A stretch of 62,950 nt of DNA, counting the filler, from Chrysochromulina tobinii (lineage: Eukaryota): assembly GCA_001275005.1 (NCBI GenBank). It is 5 parts of 5 records of this genome, joined end to end, with 100 filler letters (N's around TTAATTAATTAA, not from the genome) between each part and the next. Parts side by side here need not be neighbours in the genome. Positions count along the whole stretch, not along the records: positions 29,952 to 53,196 come from JWZX01001323.1; positions 53,297 to 60,765 come from JWZX01001325.1; 3 more parts are not named here. The stretch is one strand, 5' to 3'. A model generated the notes under the pieces. The model did not search any database. It was not told where the DNA came from and saw nothing but the letters and a program-made list of their open reading frames with translations. Position numbers and translations under genes: made by a program. This document shows, piece by piece, positions 45,213 through 56,200 of this stretch; the first letter of the stretch is position 1, and every line of letters starts with the position of its first letter.

Positions 45213-45235
45213 AAGTCAAGTCACGTCAAATCAAC
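45213..45235 (-). promoter_or_regulatory. Degenerate (GACTT)n tract upstream of the Cj0069-like gene
   Basis: Minus strand reads GTTGATTTGACGTGACTTGACTT, about 90 nt before the ATG. Confidence 0.3.
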
Positions 45236-45518
45236 TGTGATACGAGCCGGACCAAGCGCAAGCCTCCCACACGCTCGCGCGCTGGCGCGCTGCGCGCGCG
45301 CTTCTTCCGGGGTCCCTGGGCACAGCTTGTTTCTTCATGGAAAAAAATTGTTCGATCGTTGCCTTGGATCTCTGATCTTGAGATTCAGTAAACAGGAGGT
45401 GTGTTTGCTGATGGATAATTTTTCACCGACCGCCGTGCCATTGGAAAATTGTTGATATGAAATTCCTCAAGAAGGCAAGCGGGCGGCGATCTGCTTCGTG
45501 AAGACGCACACGTCCATC

Positions 45519-46388
45519 ATGTTTGTCGCGCGGCGTGCGACGTTCCGGCAGCTTCCCTCCGCACGATCGGCGGTGCTGCCGCGCGTCTCCCCGCGCGCCA
45601 TCTCGCTCACCTCTCAATTGATGGCATGCCGTCGAACCAGTCCAAGGCCCAGCTGCTGCGGCACATCTCTGGGCCGGCCGCTTCTGCAGCCGCAGCCGCA
45701 GCGCGCAGCGAGCAATGCGAGCGGCGGCGGCGCGAGCAGCAGCGCGCCACACGGCAGTGCCGGCGGCGGCAGCGACAGCAGCAAAGGCGGCGCTGGTGCG
45801 CGAGGCTCTCGCGCCAACGCCACCGTGGACCCGTACTCGCTCGGCGCAGCGATGCTCGCGGTCGCGATGGGGACGCTCGGGCTGGCCTATGCGTCCGTGC
45901 CTCTGTACCGCATTTTCTGTCAGACCACAGGCTTCGGCGGCACGACGAAGCGGCACAAGGGCGGCGGCGAGGATGAGGGCTATGACTTGCCCGCTGACCC
46001 GGCTACGCTTCCAGGCAACCGGCCCCTGCGTGTGACGTTCAACACGGACGTGTCGCAGCAGCTGCCGTGGAGCTTCAAGCCTGTGCAGAAGCACGTGACC
46101 GTGCTCGCCGGCCAGACGGCCCTCGCCTTCTTCGAGGCCACCAACCACTCAACCGAGCCGATCATCGCGGTCGCCACGTACAACGTGATACCCAACGAGG
46201 CCGGCGCGTACTTCAACAAGATCCAGTGCTTCTGCTTCGACGAGCAGCGGCTGCTCCCGGGCGAGACCGTCGACATGCCCGTCTTCTTCTACATCGACCC
46301 TGAGTTCCTCAAGGACCGTAAGATGAAGCGTCTCGATACGATGACGCTCTCGTACACGTTCTTCAAGTCGAATGAGATCTACTCGTAA
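45519..46388 (+). CDS. COX11: Cytochrome c oxidase assembly protein Cox11/CtaG
   Basis: Arg/Ser-rich mitochondrial-type leader; YASVPLYRIFCQTTGFGG; YFNKIQCFCFDEQRL; DMPVFFYIDP; TLSYTFF. Confidence 0.97.
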   Translation: MFVARRATFRQLPSARSAVLPRVSPRAISLTSQLMACRRTSPRPSCCGTSLGRPLLQPQPQRAASNASGGGASSSAPHGSAGGGSDSSKGGAGARGSRANATVDPYSLGAAMLAVAMGTLGLAYASVPLYRIFCQTTGFGGTTKRHKGGGEDEGYDLPADPATLPGNRPLRVTFNTDVSQQLPWSFKPVQKHVTVLAGQTALAFFEATNHSTEPIIAVATYNVIPNEAGAYFNKIQCFCFDEQRLLPGETVDMPVFFYIDPEFLKDRKMKRLDTMTLSYTFFKSNEIYS

Positions 46389-46918
46389 GCCAAGCTGTCC
46401 TTTCCCCACAGGTCAACGGCGCAGAGCCCTCGAGCTGTCGTTAGTTCGTCAACGGCGGCCGAGCGAGGCGCTCCCTTGACTCCGCGGCCCATGCGCCACG
46501 TCTGGAGTCAAGTGCGCGCGGCCCTTCACGTAAACGTACCCTTCACGTGACCGCGCGCGCCGCCCCGCTCCGAGCTCTCGGACAGCGGTCTGCCGGTGTG
46601 ACTCCTTGGCGCTCAATAATGGCAAACGCGTGGGTCCGTCGCACGCTAACGGACGTAGGGACCACTTCACTCGCCACTGTGTGAACTCAAGACAGGTTAT
46701 ATAAAGTTCGCGTTTCAGACTTGACACTTGTATGGACGTCTATGCTGTGCTCGACATACATACAGTCAGAGTCACGCACCGCCCGCCACAGTAGACAGTT
46801 TTCACCCAAGACGGTGGTTCGGTGCGTCCGATGCGGACCCTCGTAACGTATGCGGCAGAGCGATGACTGCCCTCTGCCGAGCAAAACTCCACGCCAGAGG
46901 CAGAGGCTTAGCCTCAGG

Positions 46919-49665
46919 TCAATGCAACGTCGTCGAGCCGTCGGGCGCAATCACCTGCCCAGAGCCCCTCGCACCCGACGGCCAGAAGAAGCTGGTGACC
47001 GTCTCATAGCGAGCCAGCTCTTCCGAGGCACAAAGCTCCGCGCAGTACTTTTGGAGCAACGCCGAGCGAATGTCGACCTGCTTGCCATTGGAAATGAGAG
47101 AGCGCACCGAGAGCTTCGACTCCATCAACTTTTTGGCCGTGGGCGTGATCGTGAGCAGGGCCGGCTTATTCTGCTTCTCCTTGGTCCACACCTTCTGAAG
47201 CGCCTGGTGCAGCTCGAGGAACGCGAGGGAGTGCTCAGTACGGCGCTCTTTGGGCAATCCGAGGCCGATCCGAGATCAGTCCGAGATCAGTCCGAGGGCA
47301 ATCAGAGGGCAATCAGAGGCCGGACCTGATGCAGCTCGAGGAACTCGGAGAAGCGGCGGAAGGTGGTGCTCTCAAACGGCCCCACGCGCGCACGCAGCTG
47401 GTAGACGGTGTGTTGGCCCTTGGAACCTTGGCTGCTTCGTCTCTTCTCATCGGAGCTGTCGGCGGATTCGGTGTTCTCGCGCCTCTCGGTGCCCATGATC
47501 TCGACGAGGCGCACTGCAAGCTGGGCGATCTCGCTGCTGGTGGTGATGATGCCACGGGTCCAAGAGCCCTCGGTGGCATCACTCGCGCCTGGGCTGCCCT
47601 TGCCCCCGAAGTAGTTGGAGACGACCGAGGCCGAGATCGGCGCGTTTTGGCTCGAGCCGCCGTTGATGGGGGAGGAGAGCGCCTCGAGGATCCCATCCAC
47701 GGCGCCGCCGAGCCTGGGACGTGGCAGCTGAGGGTTGCCTAATAAGGGATTGCCTAACAAGGTAGTGCCTAATAAGGGGTTGCCGAGCTCCTCCTCGGCC
47801 CGTGGAGCTCGAAGTTGACGAGATCGGAGAAAGTCCCGGAGCGCGTCGTCCTGAGCGTCTACCGGCGCGTCCTCGAGAAGGGGGAGGCTCGCTGGGGCTG
47901 AGGCCAGCTGACCTTCCCCGACGCCCAGAGCTGGGTTGGTGGGTGCGCCCTCGTCAGCTTCAGCAGCGGCGGCGCCAACGTCATACGCGCTCGAGCCGGC
48001 CGCAAGCGCCGACGCGCCGCTGAGGGCGGCGGCGGCGGTGCCCAGAGGGGTGGTCTGAACGGCACCAGCTGGGCCCTCGGCGAAGGCGGCGACGGCTGCG
48101 GGCGCGTTGGTGCCCACGACGGCGCTATGGGTACCGACCAGCTGCGAGGCCAAGGAAGGGGCTGTTGCCGTTGATGCAGCAGGCACCGCGCCCCAACCCA
48201 CTGACGGCGATGCCGCCTCGGCTGTACCAGTCGCCGCCGACAGCCCGTCCGCTGGGTCCTTATTAGGTAAGCGCCCATCAGCATCCTTATTAGGCAAGTG
48301 CCCCTCCGCATCCAACTCCGCCAGGGCCGAGGCGAGGCCAGCCGCCCATGACAACGCGTCGCTCGCGCCGGTCGGAGTCGCGCCGTCCCGGGCGCCATGC
48401 TGAGTGACGTGTTGAGCGCCATCCTGAGCGCCATATGGAGCGCCATCGCGGAGCGCAATGGCCATGCCTTCGCTGCCAACGGCGCTGAGCTGAGCGGCAT
48501 GGTTCCCCTCGCTGCCCAGTCCAGCGAGGGCGTCGCAGAGGGCGTCGAGCGGCCCACCACCACCGCCACGGCCGCTGCCGCTGCCGCCGCTGCTGCTGCT
48601 GCCAGCCGCAGACGGACCGAGAGGCTCACGGCCCACCGCGCCGTCCCGAGCGCCGTCGTATGACGTGGGCTTGCCTAATATGGATGCCGCGGCCGTTGGA
48701 TCGCCGGCGGCGGTAGCGTTCGCATCGCTAAAGGAGCCGACTCGCTCCGTGAGCGCCGTCGTGGGCGCATGTCGGGCGCCGTCATGGGCACATGGAGGGC
48801 CGGCTCGTTCCCCGGGATTTCCTAATAAGGGTTGGTCCCAAGGACTCAAGCCAGCATACGATGGGGAAGCGAAGGAGGAGCTGCCCACCCCACTAGAGTC
48901 ACGGGAGGACACTGCCGTGCCGCCGCCGCCGGCGTCCTCGCCGCCACCAAAGCCGAGGCTGCTCGTCGGGATGGCAGTGCGTCCGACGGGAGGAGAGGCC
49001 TCTGATGGCCACTGAGTGCCTCGGAGTGCCTCGGAGTGCCTCGGAGTGCCAGCGGGAGGAGAAGCCTCCAGTGCCGCCGCCTCCAGGGCCGCCACAGTCG
49101 CTGCGACCATGTCCAAGGGCCACGGGGCACTCTCGTCCTCCGACATACTGCTACTACTCGTCCTCTCGTCCTTCTTAGGCAAGCCCGCACTCGATCGTCG
49201 AGACGCCGCGTCGAAGTAGTCGGGCGAGGCGGCCGCGGCCGCGGCCGCCGCGGCCGCCGCTGCTGCCGCCGTCGATGACGACGACGTTTTCCCACTTTCC
49301 GCATCGTCCGCCTTCCTAATTTGGGTCGCGGCGGCGGCAGCGGCGGCGGCGGCCGCGGCCTTTTTGGCATCGGCGCCGCCTCGTGACGCCGCCATGACCG
49401 CCGCCGCCCACGGGTCAGACGCGGGGTCGAGGAGCAAGGCAGGGCTGGGCGGCGCGGCCGCCGTGATCGGAGCTATTGATCTCCTGGATCGGTCAGTACA
49501 CGATCGCCTGGCGACGCACCGCGTGATGGCCGGAGTAAACCCGCCCGCCTCAACGGCGTTACGTGCGTTCAGCGCCGCGCCGTTGGTGAAGCTGGGATCC
49601 ACAGGGGCAGCAGCACCGGCACTGGTAGCGCTCGCCGAGTCGCCAGACGACCGGCCGCGTTCGAG

Positions 49666-49713
<48 letters not shown>

Positions 49714-51165
49714 CGCGCCAAAGGCGGATGCGCCGGCGCCTATGGCGGTGGCGGCGGCGGCGGCACGTTCGGCGGCGGCTTCCCTCACTGGAGCCGACAC
49801 GGCAAAAGGGCTGGGTTTCGAACCGGGGAACGAGAGGGCGTTGATGGGCGGACGAGAGATGGCTTCCATCATCGCATCGATGCTGGTGCTGCCCAGGCCC
49901 AGCCTTGGACGCGACGGCATCGAGGGAGCGGCAGAGGGAGCAGCAGCAGGCTTGGCGCTGCCGGTGCCTACGACAGCGCCGTCGCCGAAGTCGGCTGAGG
50001 CGCCGGGGGCGGTGGAGGTGGCGGCGGCGACGGTGGGGGCGGCGACGGTGGAGGCGGCGACGGTGGAGGCGGCGACGGTGGAGGCGGCGGCAGAAGGTGC
50101 GGAAGCAGTTGCGTTGGCGGAGAGCGCGGCGACGGGCGGCACAGCAGGCGCGGCGGCGCTGCTGTCAGCGTCGTCTGCGGCGGGGATGGCACTGGTAGCG
50201 ACCGTGGCCGGACTCGCCTCTCCTGAAACCGCCGCCGAGACTGCCGACGAGGACGAGACCAAATTAGGAAGGTGTGACGCGTCGTCGTTGGCCGCGGCCG
50301 ACGCGTCGCTCGTCGCACACGCCGCGGCCGGTAAGACGGCAGAGGATGACATCGAAGCGTCGCCAAGGGCAGTCGCACGCTCCGGTGTGGACTTAGATGC
50401 AGCAGGCGCCGTCGCGGACGCCTCCGCCAGAGTGGGCGCGGCCTCGACCGTGCGTGCCGGGGCGGCGGCGGCGGCGGCGGGTGAGAAGGGGGGGAGCAGC
50501 GTCGTCGGCGGCGCATGGTCAAACTCGGTGACCTCGCGATAACCGGGCGTCTCGTCCGCGGCGTCGTCGCGAAGGGCTTGGAAGTCGTCGTCACCCACGA
50601 CGGCGACGGACGCGAGGCCCGCGGCCACGCCGAGCCGGAAGGACAGGCCGGCAAGAGGACGTAGCAGGTCCGAGAGGAGCTGACGGCACTCGAGGCGGTT
50701 GAGAAGCGCAGGCTCGGTGAAGAACATGCCACGGATCGCCTGGTCGTCGAGCAGCTCGCTCAGCGTCTGGCGCAGGCTGCGCTGGTTGAGCTGCACGTAG
50801 ATCCACGCTCGCAGCCGCGCAGCGTCCGACGAGCCCACCGAGCGCGCGAGGCGCACCGCCTCGGCCTCGGCGTCGCCTCTGTGCTCCGAGTGCTCGACGA
50901 GCGCCCACGGGTGCACCGTGAAAATGCCGAATTGCCGCGACTTGAACTTGTGCAGCAGCACGGGCTCGAGCGTGTTGCAAAAGACCTCCACCTCGGAAGC
51001 GTTCTCAGTGAGCATGCTCAGATGCTGCGCGGTTTGCAGCAGCGCCTTGACCGCAGACTGGAGCGTGAGCAGCAGCGGCTCATCCTCCGCACTCACGGTC
51101 GTTCCGCGCCAGGGCGGCGTCGTCGGCTCAGCCGGCGTCCTCAGGCCCTGTAATCGCGCTCGCAT
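46919..51165 (-). CDS. RUN-domain + PX-domain protein; join(47326..51165,46919..47203)
   Basis: RUN-like: FCNTLEPVLLH...RLRAWIYVQLNQRSL...LAGLSFRL. PX: HTVYQLRARVG...RRFSEFLELHQ|ALQK...DIRSALLQKYCAEL...VTSFF. Confidence 0.8.
47204..47325 (-). other. Duplication+repeat intron L (GT-AG, 122 nt)
   Basis: Last 19 nt GTTCCTCGAGCTGCACCAG copy the upstream exon end GTTCCTCGAGCTGCATCAG; filled with 11-mer CTCTGATTGCC/CTCGGACTGAT units. Confidence 0.9.
49000..49065 (-). other. Insertion M: duplication plus antisense decamer array (66 nt, in-frame)
   Basis: GAGGC(T/C)TCTCCTCCCG duplicated; the filler reads CTGATGGCCA CTGAGTGCCT CGGAGTGCCT... on the + strand, antisense to the gene. Confidence 0.75.
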
Positions 51166-51374
51166 AAAAGTATTTCGCGAAAGTGCAGTTTCCCACCATC
51201 ACAGTCCATGGACGTGACCCACCCCACGCAGGAAGTGGGTATCCCGTGGTGTGCCGCTCATGAAACCGTGTTCGGCAAAAAATCTCGCCGCGAAGTGCGT
51301 GTGAATGGCCGCCTCTGCGGAGGGGGCGGCGGGCTTCGAGCGGGCGGCGTCGCGGTCGCGCGCATACGTTCGGC

Positions 51375-52463
51375 ATGCGTCGCGTGCGCGCCGTGTCGAG
51401 CGACAGCTTGACAAGCCTGCACAGCGCGCCGTCGTCCACCATCATCGTCGAAGTCCCTGCCGGCCTCCACCCTGGCGACGCCATGACCATCACCGTCGGT
51501 AACGACGAGTTCACAATAGTCATCCCAGATGGCGTGCATGGTGGAGCTTTGCTTGACGTGGACATTCCCAGCGAAGTGCAGCCTTCGTATACGTCGAGCA
51601 GCGCTCCGCCGTCCACCGTCGCAGTCATCGTGCCGGACGGCTGCTTCGAAGGCGACGAATTTTCGGTGGTGGCTGACGGCAGCGTATTCTCCGTCTGTGT
51701 GCCCAAGGGCTGTGCACCTGGAGACGAAATAGAGGTCGCGGTGTCGGAGGAAGCGCCAGAAGAGCCGCCAGAGGAGGAGCCTCAACCGCAGCAGTATTCT
51801 GCAGCGCGGCTCGTCGGCCGGCGCGTCGAGCTGTGTGGTCTCGTGGCCAAGGCCATCCTCAACGGCCGACGTGGCACGGTGCGCTTGTACCGCGCCGACC
51901 GAGACCGTCTTCTGCTCAGCCTCGGGGGCATCGGCGCCGACGTGCACGTGCGGCCCGAGCATGTGCGCGAGCTCTCGCCCGACGACGAGGCCGAGGGCGT
52001 CGACGACGACGCGGGCGATGACGAGCCGCCAGTGGCCCCGGCTGCGGGTGCCCACTATGTGGGAGATCGCGTGCTGGTCGAACGGAGCGACGGGCGGCGC
52101 AGCATGGCGTGCGTGGTGGAGTACGACGAGGTGCTCGAGACGTACACGGTCGACGTCGGGCGCGGGGTCCTCAAGCACCTTGTCGAGGAGTCGTACCTGA
52201 CGCCCTATGAGACGAGCCAGCAGTGGGTGGGACCGAGCGAGCGGGTCGATGGCCGTTGGCAGGGCTTCTACGTGGGCCGGCGCGTGCGCATCCCGGCGAT
52301 GCTCAACAGCTCGAGCGACGACGATAAGAACGGCGCCATTGTCAGCTACGACGAGCGCTCGGGATTCTATCATGTCCAGCTCGACTCGGGCATCGTGCGG
52401 CGCACTGTACTGTATCGGCAGATCAAGCCGCTGTACGTGTTACGGGAGGACGAGGTGTCGTAG
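51375..52463 (+). CDS. Hypothetical protein with V.VP.G..PGD repeats and Tudor/SH3-like C-terminal segments
   Basis: Four VP.G...G motifs; RVELCGLV...LNGRRGTV; YVGDRVLVERSDG; FYVGRRVRI. Confidence 0.6.
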   Translation: MRRVRAVSSDSLTSLHSAPSSTIIVEVPAGLHPGDAMTITVGNDEFTIVIPDGVHGGALLDVDIPSEVQPSYTSSSAPPSTVAVIVPDGCFEGDEFSVVADGSVFSVCVPKGCAPGDEIEVAVSEEAPEEPPEEEPQPQQYSAARLVGRRVELCGLVAKAILNGRRGTVRLYRADRDRLLLSLGGIGADVHVRPEHVRELSPDDEAEGVDDDAGDDEPPVAPAAGAHYVGDRVLVERSDGRRSMACVVEYDEVLETYTVDVGRGVLKHLVEESYLTPYETSQQWVGPSERVDGRWQGFYVGRRVRIPAMLNSSSDDDKNGAIVSYDERSGFYHVQLDSGIVRRTVLYRQIKPLYVLREDEVS

Positions 52464-52778
52464 GCAAATGATCCACGCTCACTGATGCATGCAACTCACA
52501 ACCCCCAACGGTCTTTGCCTTTTTGGGTTGAAAACTAGACGCTTTCGGGTCGAAGCGAGCCCGTGTCGCACAAACGTCGCACTCGCCCTGGCCACCAACT
52601 GGCCACCCGGCACTCGGCGCCATGGCAAAACATGCCACCTGCCTGTACAGCGATATCGAAAGCCACGAGTACTCCCGACATCCAGAGCCACCAGCAGTCA
52701 AACCCCAGCGAACCAATGGTCGGGAGGCCGTCAAAGCCCTCGACCTGCGTGTGCAGAGTACAGAGCTCATGGTTTAAC

Positions 52779-52910
52779 GTTGAGACACTGTTGAGACGTT
52801 TGTATTAACACTTAAGCTCAGGAAGTGTTAGCCTGTCTCAACACCTGTTTCAGGAGCTGTTGAGACAGCTTGTCTCAACACCTCTAAGTAAGCCCGTCTC
52901 AACACCTCTA
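52779..52910. repeat. Cluster of six GTTGAGAC/GTCTCAAC boxes in both orientations
   Basis: Forward at about 52779, 52790, 52859; reverse at about 52835, 52872, 52896; includes the hairpin TGTTGAGACAGCTTGTCTCAACA. Confidence 0.75.
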
Positions 52911-53196
52911 AAACACGCGCCCGATACATCAATTGCGATTCATGCTCAGCGACTCTGATTTGCCACTCGCCGGTCGCAACGCGCCCGTCCTCCATGAACC
53001 ATGTCATGCCCGCCCGCTCTCTCCAAGTCACGCTCCTCTGCCAGCACCCCATTCCTCATTCGTCTGCGGCAGAGGAGGCGGCCGAGGTGGCCGCCTTCAC
53101 AGGTGCAAGGTGCTTCTCATACTCGTACTTTGGCACCGCCGCCGCCCGGTGGGCCTTGCGGCCGAGCGTGCCTCCATTCTCGAATGCCATCGAGCG

Positions 53197-53296
53197 NNNN
53201 NNNNNNNNNNNNNNNNNNNNNNNNNNNNNNNNNNNNNNNNTTAATTAATTAANNNNNNNNNNNNNNNNNNNNNNNNNNNNNNNNNNNNNNNNNNNN
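53197..53296. other. Artificial contig linker
   Basis: N-run + TTAATTAATTAA + N-run. Confidence 0.98.
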
Positions 53297-56200
53297 ACGA
53301 GGGAGGCGGCGGCGACGGGGACGGCGGCGGCGGCGAGGGCGGGGGCGAAGGCGGCGGGGGGGGCGGTGCCGGGCAGCTTGAGACTGTGACGCCAGTGCTG
53401 CCGGTGAGGGTCGTTGCCCAGGAGCAGACGGTGGCTCCACAGCAATTTTGGACAAAGACATTGGGACCAAGGGGAGCTGTATTTCCGGAGATGGAGCAAG
53501 ACGAGAGTCTGACTGTGCCTGAGTGGACGTAGACACCACCGCCTGCATCGGGAGTTGTGTTTCCGGAGATGGAGCTAGACACGATTGCGACTGTGCCTGC
53601 AACAACGCTGACACCGCCGCCATTACTAGCTGAGTTGGAGTAAATCTGGCAGCTGAGGATTGAGACTGTGCCTGACCACACTAAGACACCGCCGCCAGAT
53701 AATCCTACTTTGAAGCCTCCGGTGATGCCGAGCCCGATCAGTTGCACGACCCCCGACGAGCCCGGGTTGATGCTCAGCACACCGCGCTGACTCGAGGAGC
53801 TGCCCTGTGCGTGCAGCACGACCGAGCCTGCCACCGCCGCCTCGAGGACGACGCTCCTGGTGATGCTGAGCTCGGCTGTGAGCTAGTAGGTGCCGGGGGC
53901 AAGAACAACGTAACCGACGGCGGTGTTGGCGAGTGCACTGGTCAGGGCAACGGTGTTGCTCACCACCGCGGTACCCGGCGGATACGGCGGCGGCGAGGGC
54001 GGCGGCGGCGACGGCGGCGGAGGCTGCGAAGGCGGTGGCGAGGGCGGCGGCGCTGCCCCGCACCACGTGCGCATCATCGAGATGAGCGGCGCTGGCGTGC
54101 TCGGCAGGCCGCCGCCGAGTCGCACGCCATACAGCTCCGAAGGGCTGAGGGCAACGTCCCACACCAGCAGGTCCTTCATCTGGCCCGTAAAGCTCGGGCC
54201 GGCCCAGTTGCTCTTGCCCACCCACAGGTTGGAGCGGCTCACCGGCAGCGGGAAGCGCATCGACGACGTCGTCGCGACGCTCGCACCGTTCCAGTAGATC
54301 TGGGCGGGCCCGTATGTGTCGGTGAGGCTCGCACGCGACTGCACGACCGCGACGTGAGTCCACACGTTTGCGGGGAATGATGGCGCCGAGCTTGCAGAGA
54401 GTGAGGAGTCAGAACTACCATGAGTCACATAGTACTGCATTTGGGAATAGAAATGCAGTACGACACTGTCTGCAGCTTGACCGTTGCCGAAATCGATGAC
54501 GCGTTCCCCTGTATCGCCTGTCCGCGTGCGGTAGACCCAAGCGCAGAGCGTGAAGCCAAGCCCCCCGCCGACGAGTCCGGTGCGCGATGTGGCCGTCAAG
54601 TAGGAGGTCGACGCCCCGGTGAAGGTGTATGCGCCGTCGACGGCGCACAGCGGCGGAGGTGGCGAGGTCGGCGAGGGCGGCGGCGGAGGCAAGCGCGGCG
54701 GCGACGGGGGTGGCGAGTGCAGATCCAGGAACACCACCGTCAGCGATGGTGTTCCCACCACGTAAGCGTACGAGCCGCTTATGGCGACAGAATGAGCCTG
54801 TGAGCACAGCACGTGAGCGCAAGCGAGCTTCAGCAGTCGGTGGCGCCGCAGGAGCAAGCATGAAAGACGCAATCATGGCGCCCAAGGCCAACCGCGCGCC
54901 GCGGCTCTGGGTTACACGCACCCCTCCCAGAAGGGACGATGAGACCACGCTGCCCCGGATGACTGGAGATGCAGGATTGCTCACGTCGACGACCACCAGC
55001 GCGTTGGAACCAGCCGCCGCCACGTAAGCGTACACGCCGCTCACGGCGACGCCAACCGCAGCATACAGAAGGGACGACGAGACCACGCTGCCCCGGATGA
55101 CTGGAGACGCAGAGTTGCTCACGTCGACCACCACCAGCGAGTTGGAAAACTGCCCCGCCACGTAAGCGAACGAGCCGCTCACAGCGACGTCACGAGCCCC
55201 ATCGAGAACGGACGACGAGACCACGCTGCCCCGGATGGCTGGAGACGCAGGGTTGCTCACGTCGACCACCACCAGCGAGTCGGAATTGAGCGCCGCCACG
55301 TAAGCGTACACGCCGCTCACGGCGACGGAAATTGCACCATCCAGAACGGACGACGAGACCACGCTGCCCCGGATGACTGGAGACGCAGGGTTGCTCACGT
55401 CGACCACCACCAGCGCGTCGGAATCAACCGCCGCCACGTAAGCGTACACGCCGCTCACAGCGACGCCATATGCGTGATCCAGAAGGGACGATGAGACCAA
55501 CCTGCCCCGGATGACTGGAGACGCAGGATTGCTCACGTCGACGACCGCCAGCGCGTCGGACTCAGCGGCCGCCACGTATGCGTACACGCCGCTCACGGCG
55601 ACGTTACGAGGCCCATCCAGAAGGGACGACGAGACCACGCTGCCCCGGATGACTGGAGACGCAGGGTTGCTCACGTCGACCACCACCAGCGCGTCGGACA
55701 ACCACGCCGCCACGTAAGCATACACGCCACTCAAGGCGACGGAAAGTGCCCCATCCAGAACGGACGACGAGACCACGCTGCCCCGGATGACTGGAGACGC
55801 AGGGTTGCTCACGTCGACCACCACCAGCGCGTCAGACCCAACCGCCGCCACGTAGGCGAACGAGCCTCTCACGGCGACGCCATATGCATAATCCAGAAGG
55901 GACGATGAGACCAACCTGCCCCGGATGACTGGAGACGCAGGGTTGCTCACGTCGACCACCACCAGCGCGTCGGACTCAGACGCCGCCACGTATGCGTACA
56001 CGCCGCTCACGGCGACGTTTGCAGGCCCATCCAGAAGGGACGACGAGACCACGCTGCCCCGGATGACTGGAGACGCAGGGTTGCTCACGTCGACCACCAC
56101 CAGCGAGTCGGACCATTCCGCCGCCACGTAAGCATACGAGCCGCTCACGGCGACGGATCGAGCGTAATCCAAAAGGGACGCCGAGGCGACGCGGCCCACG

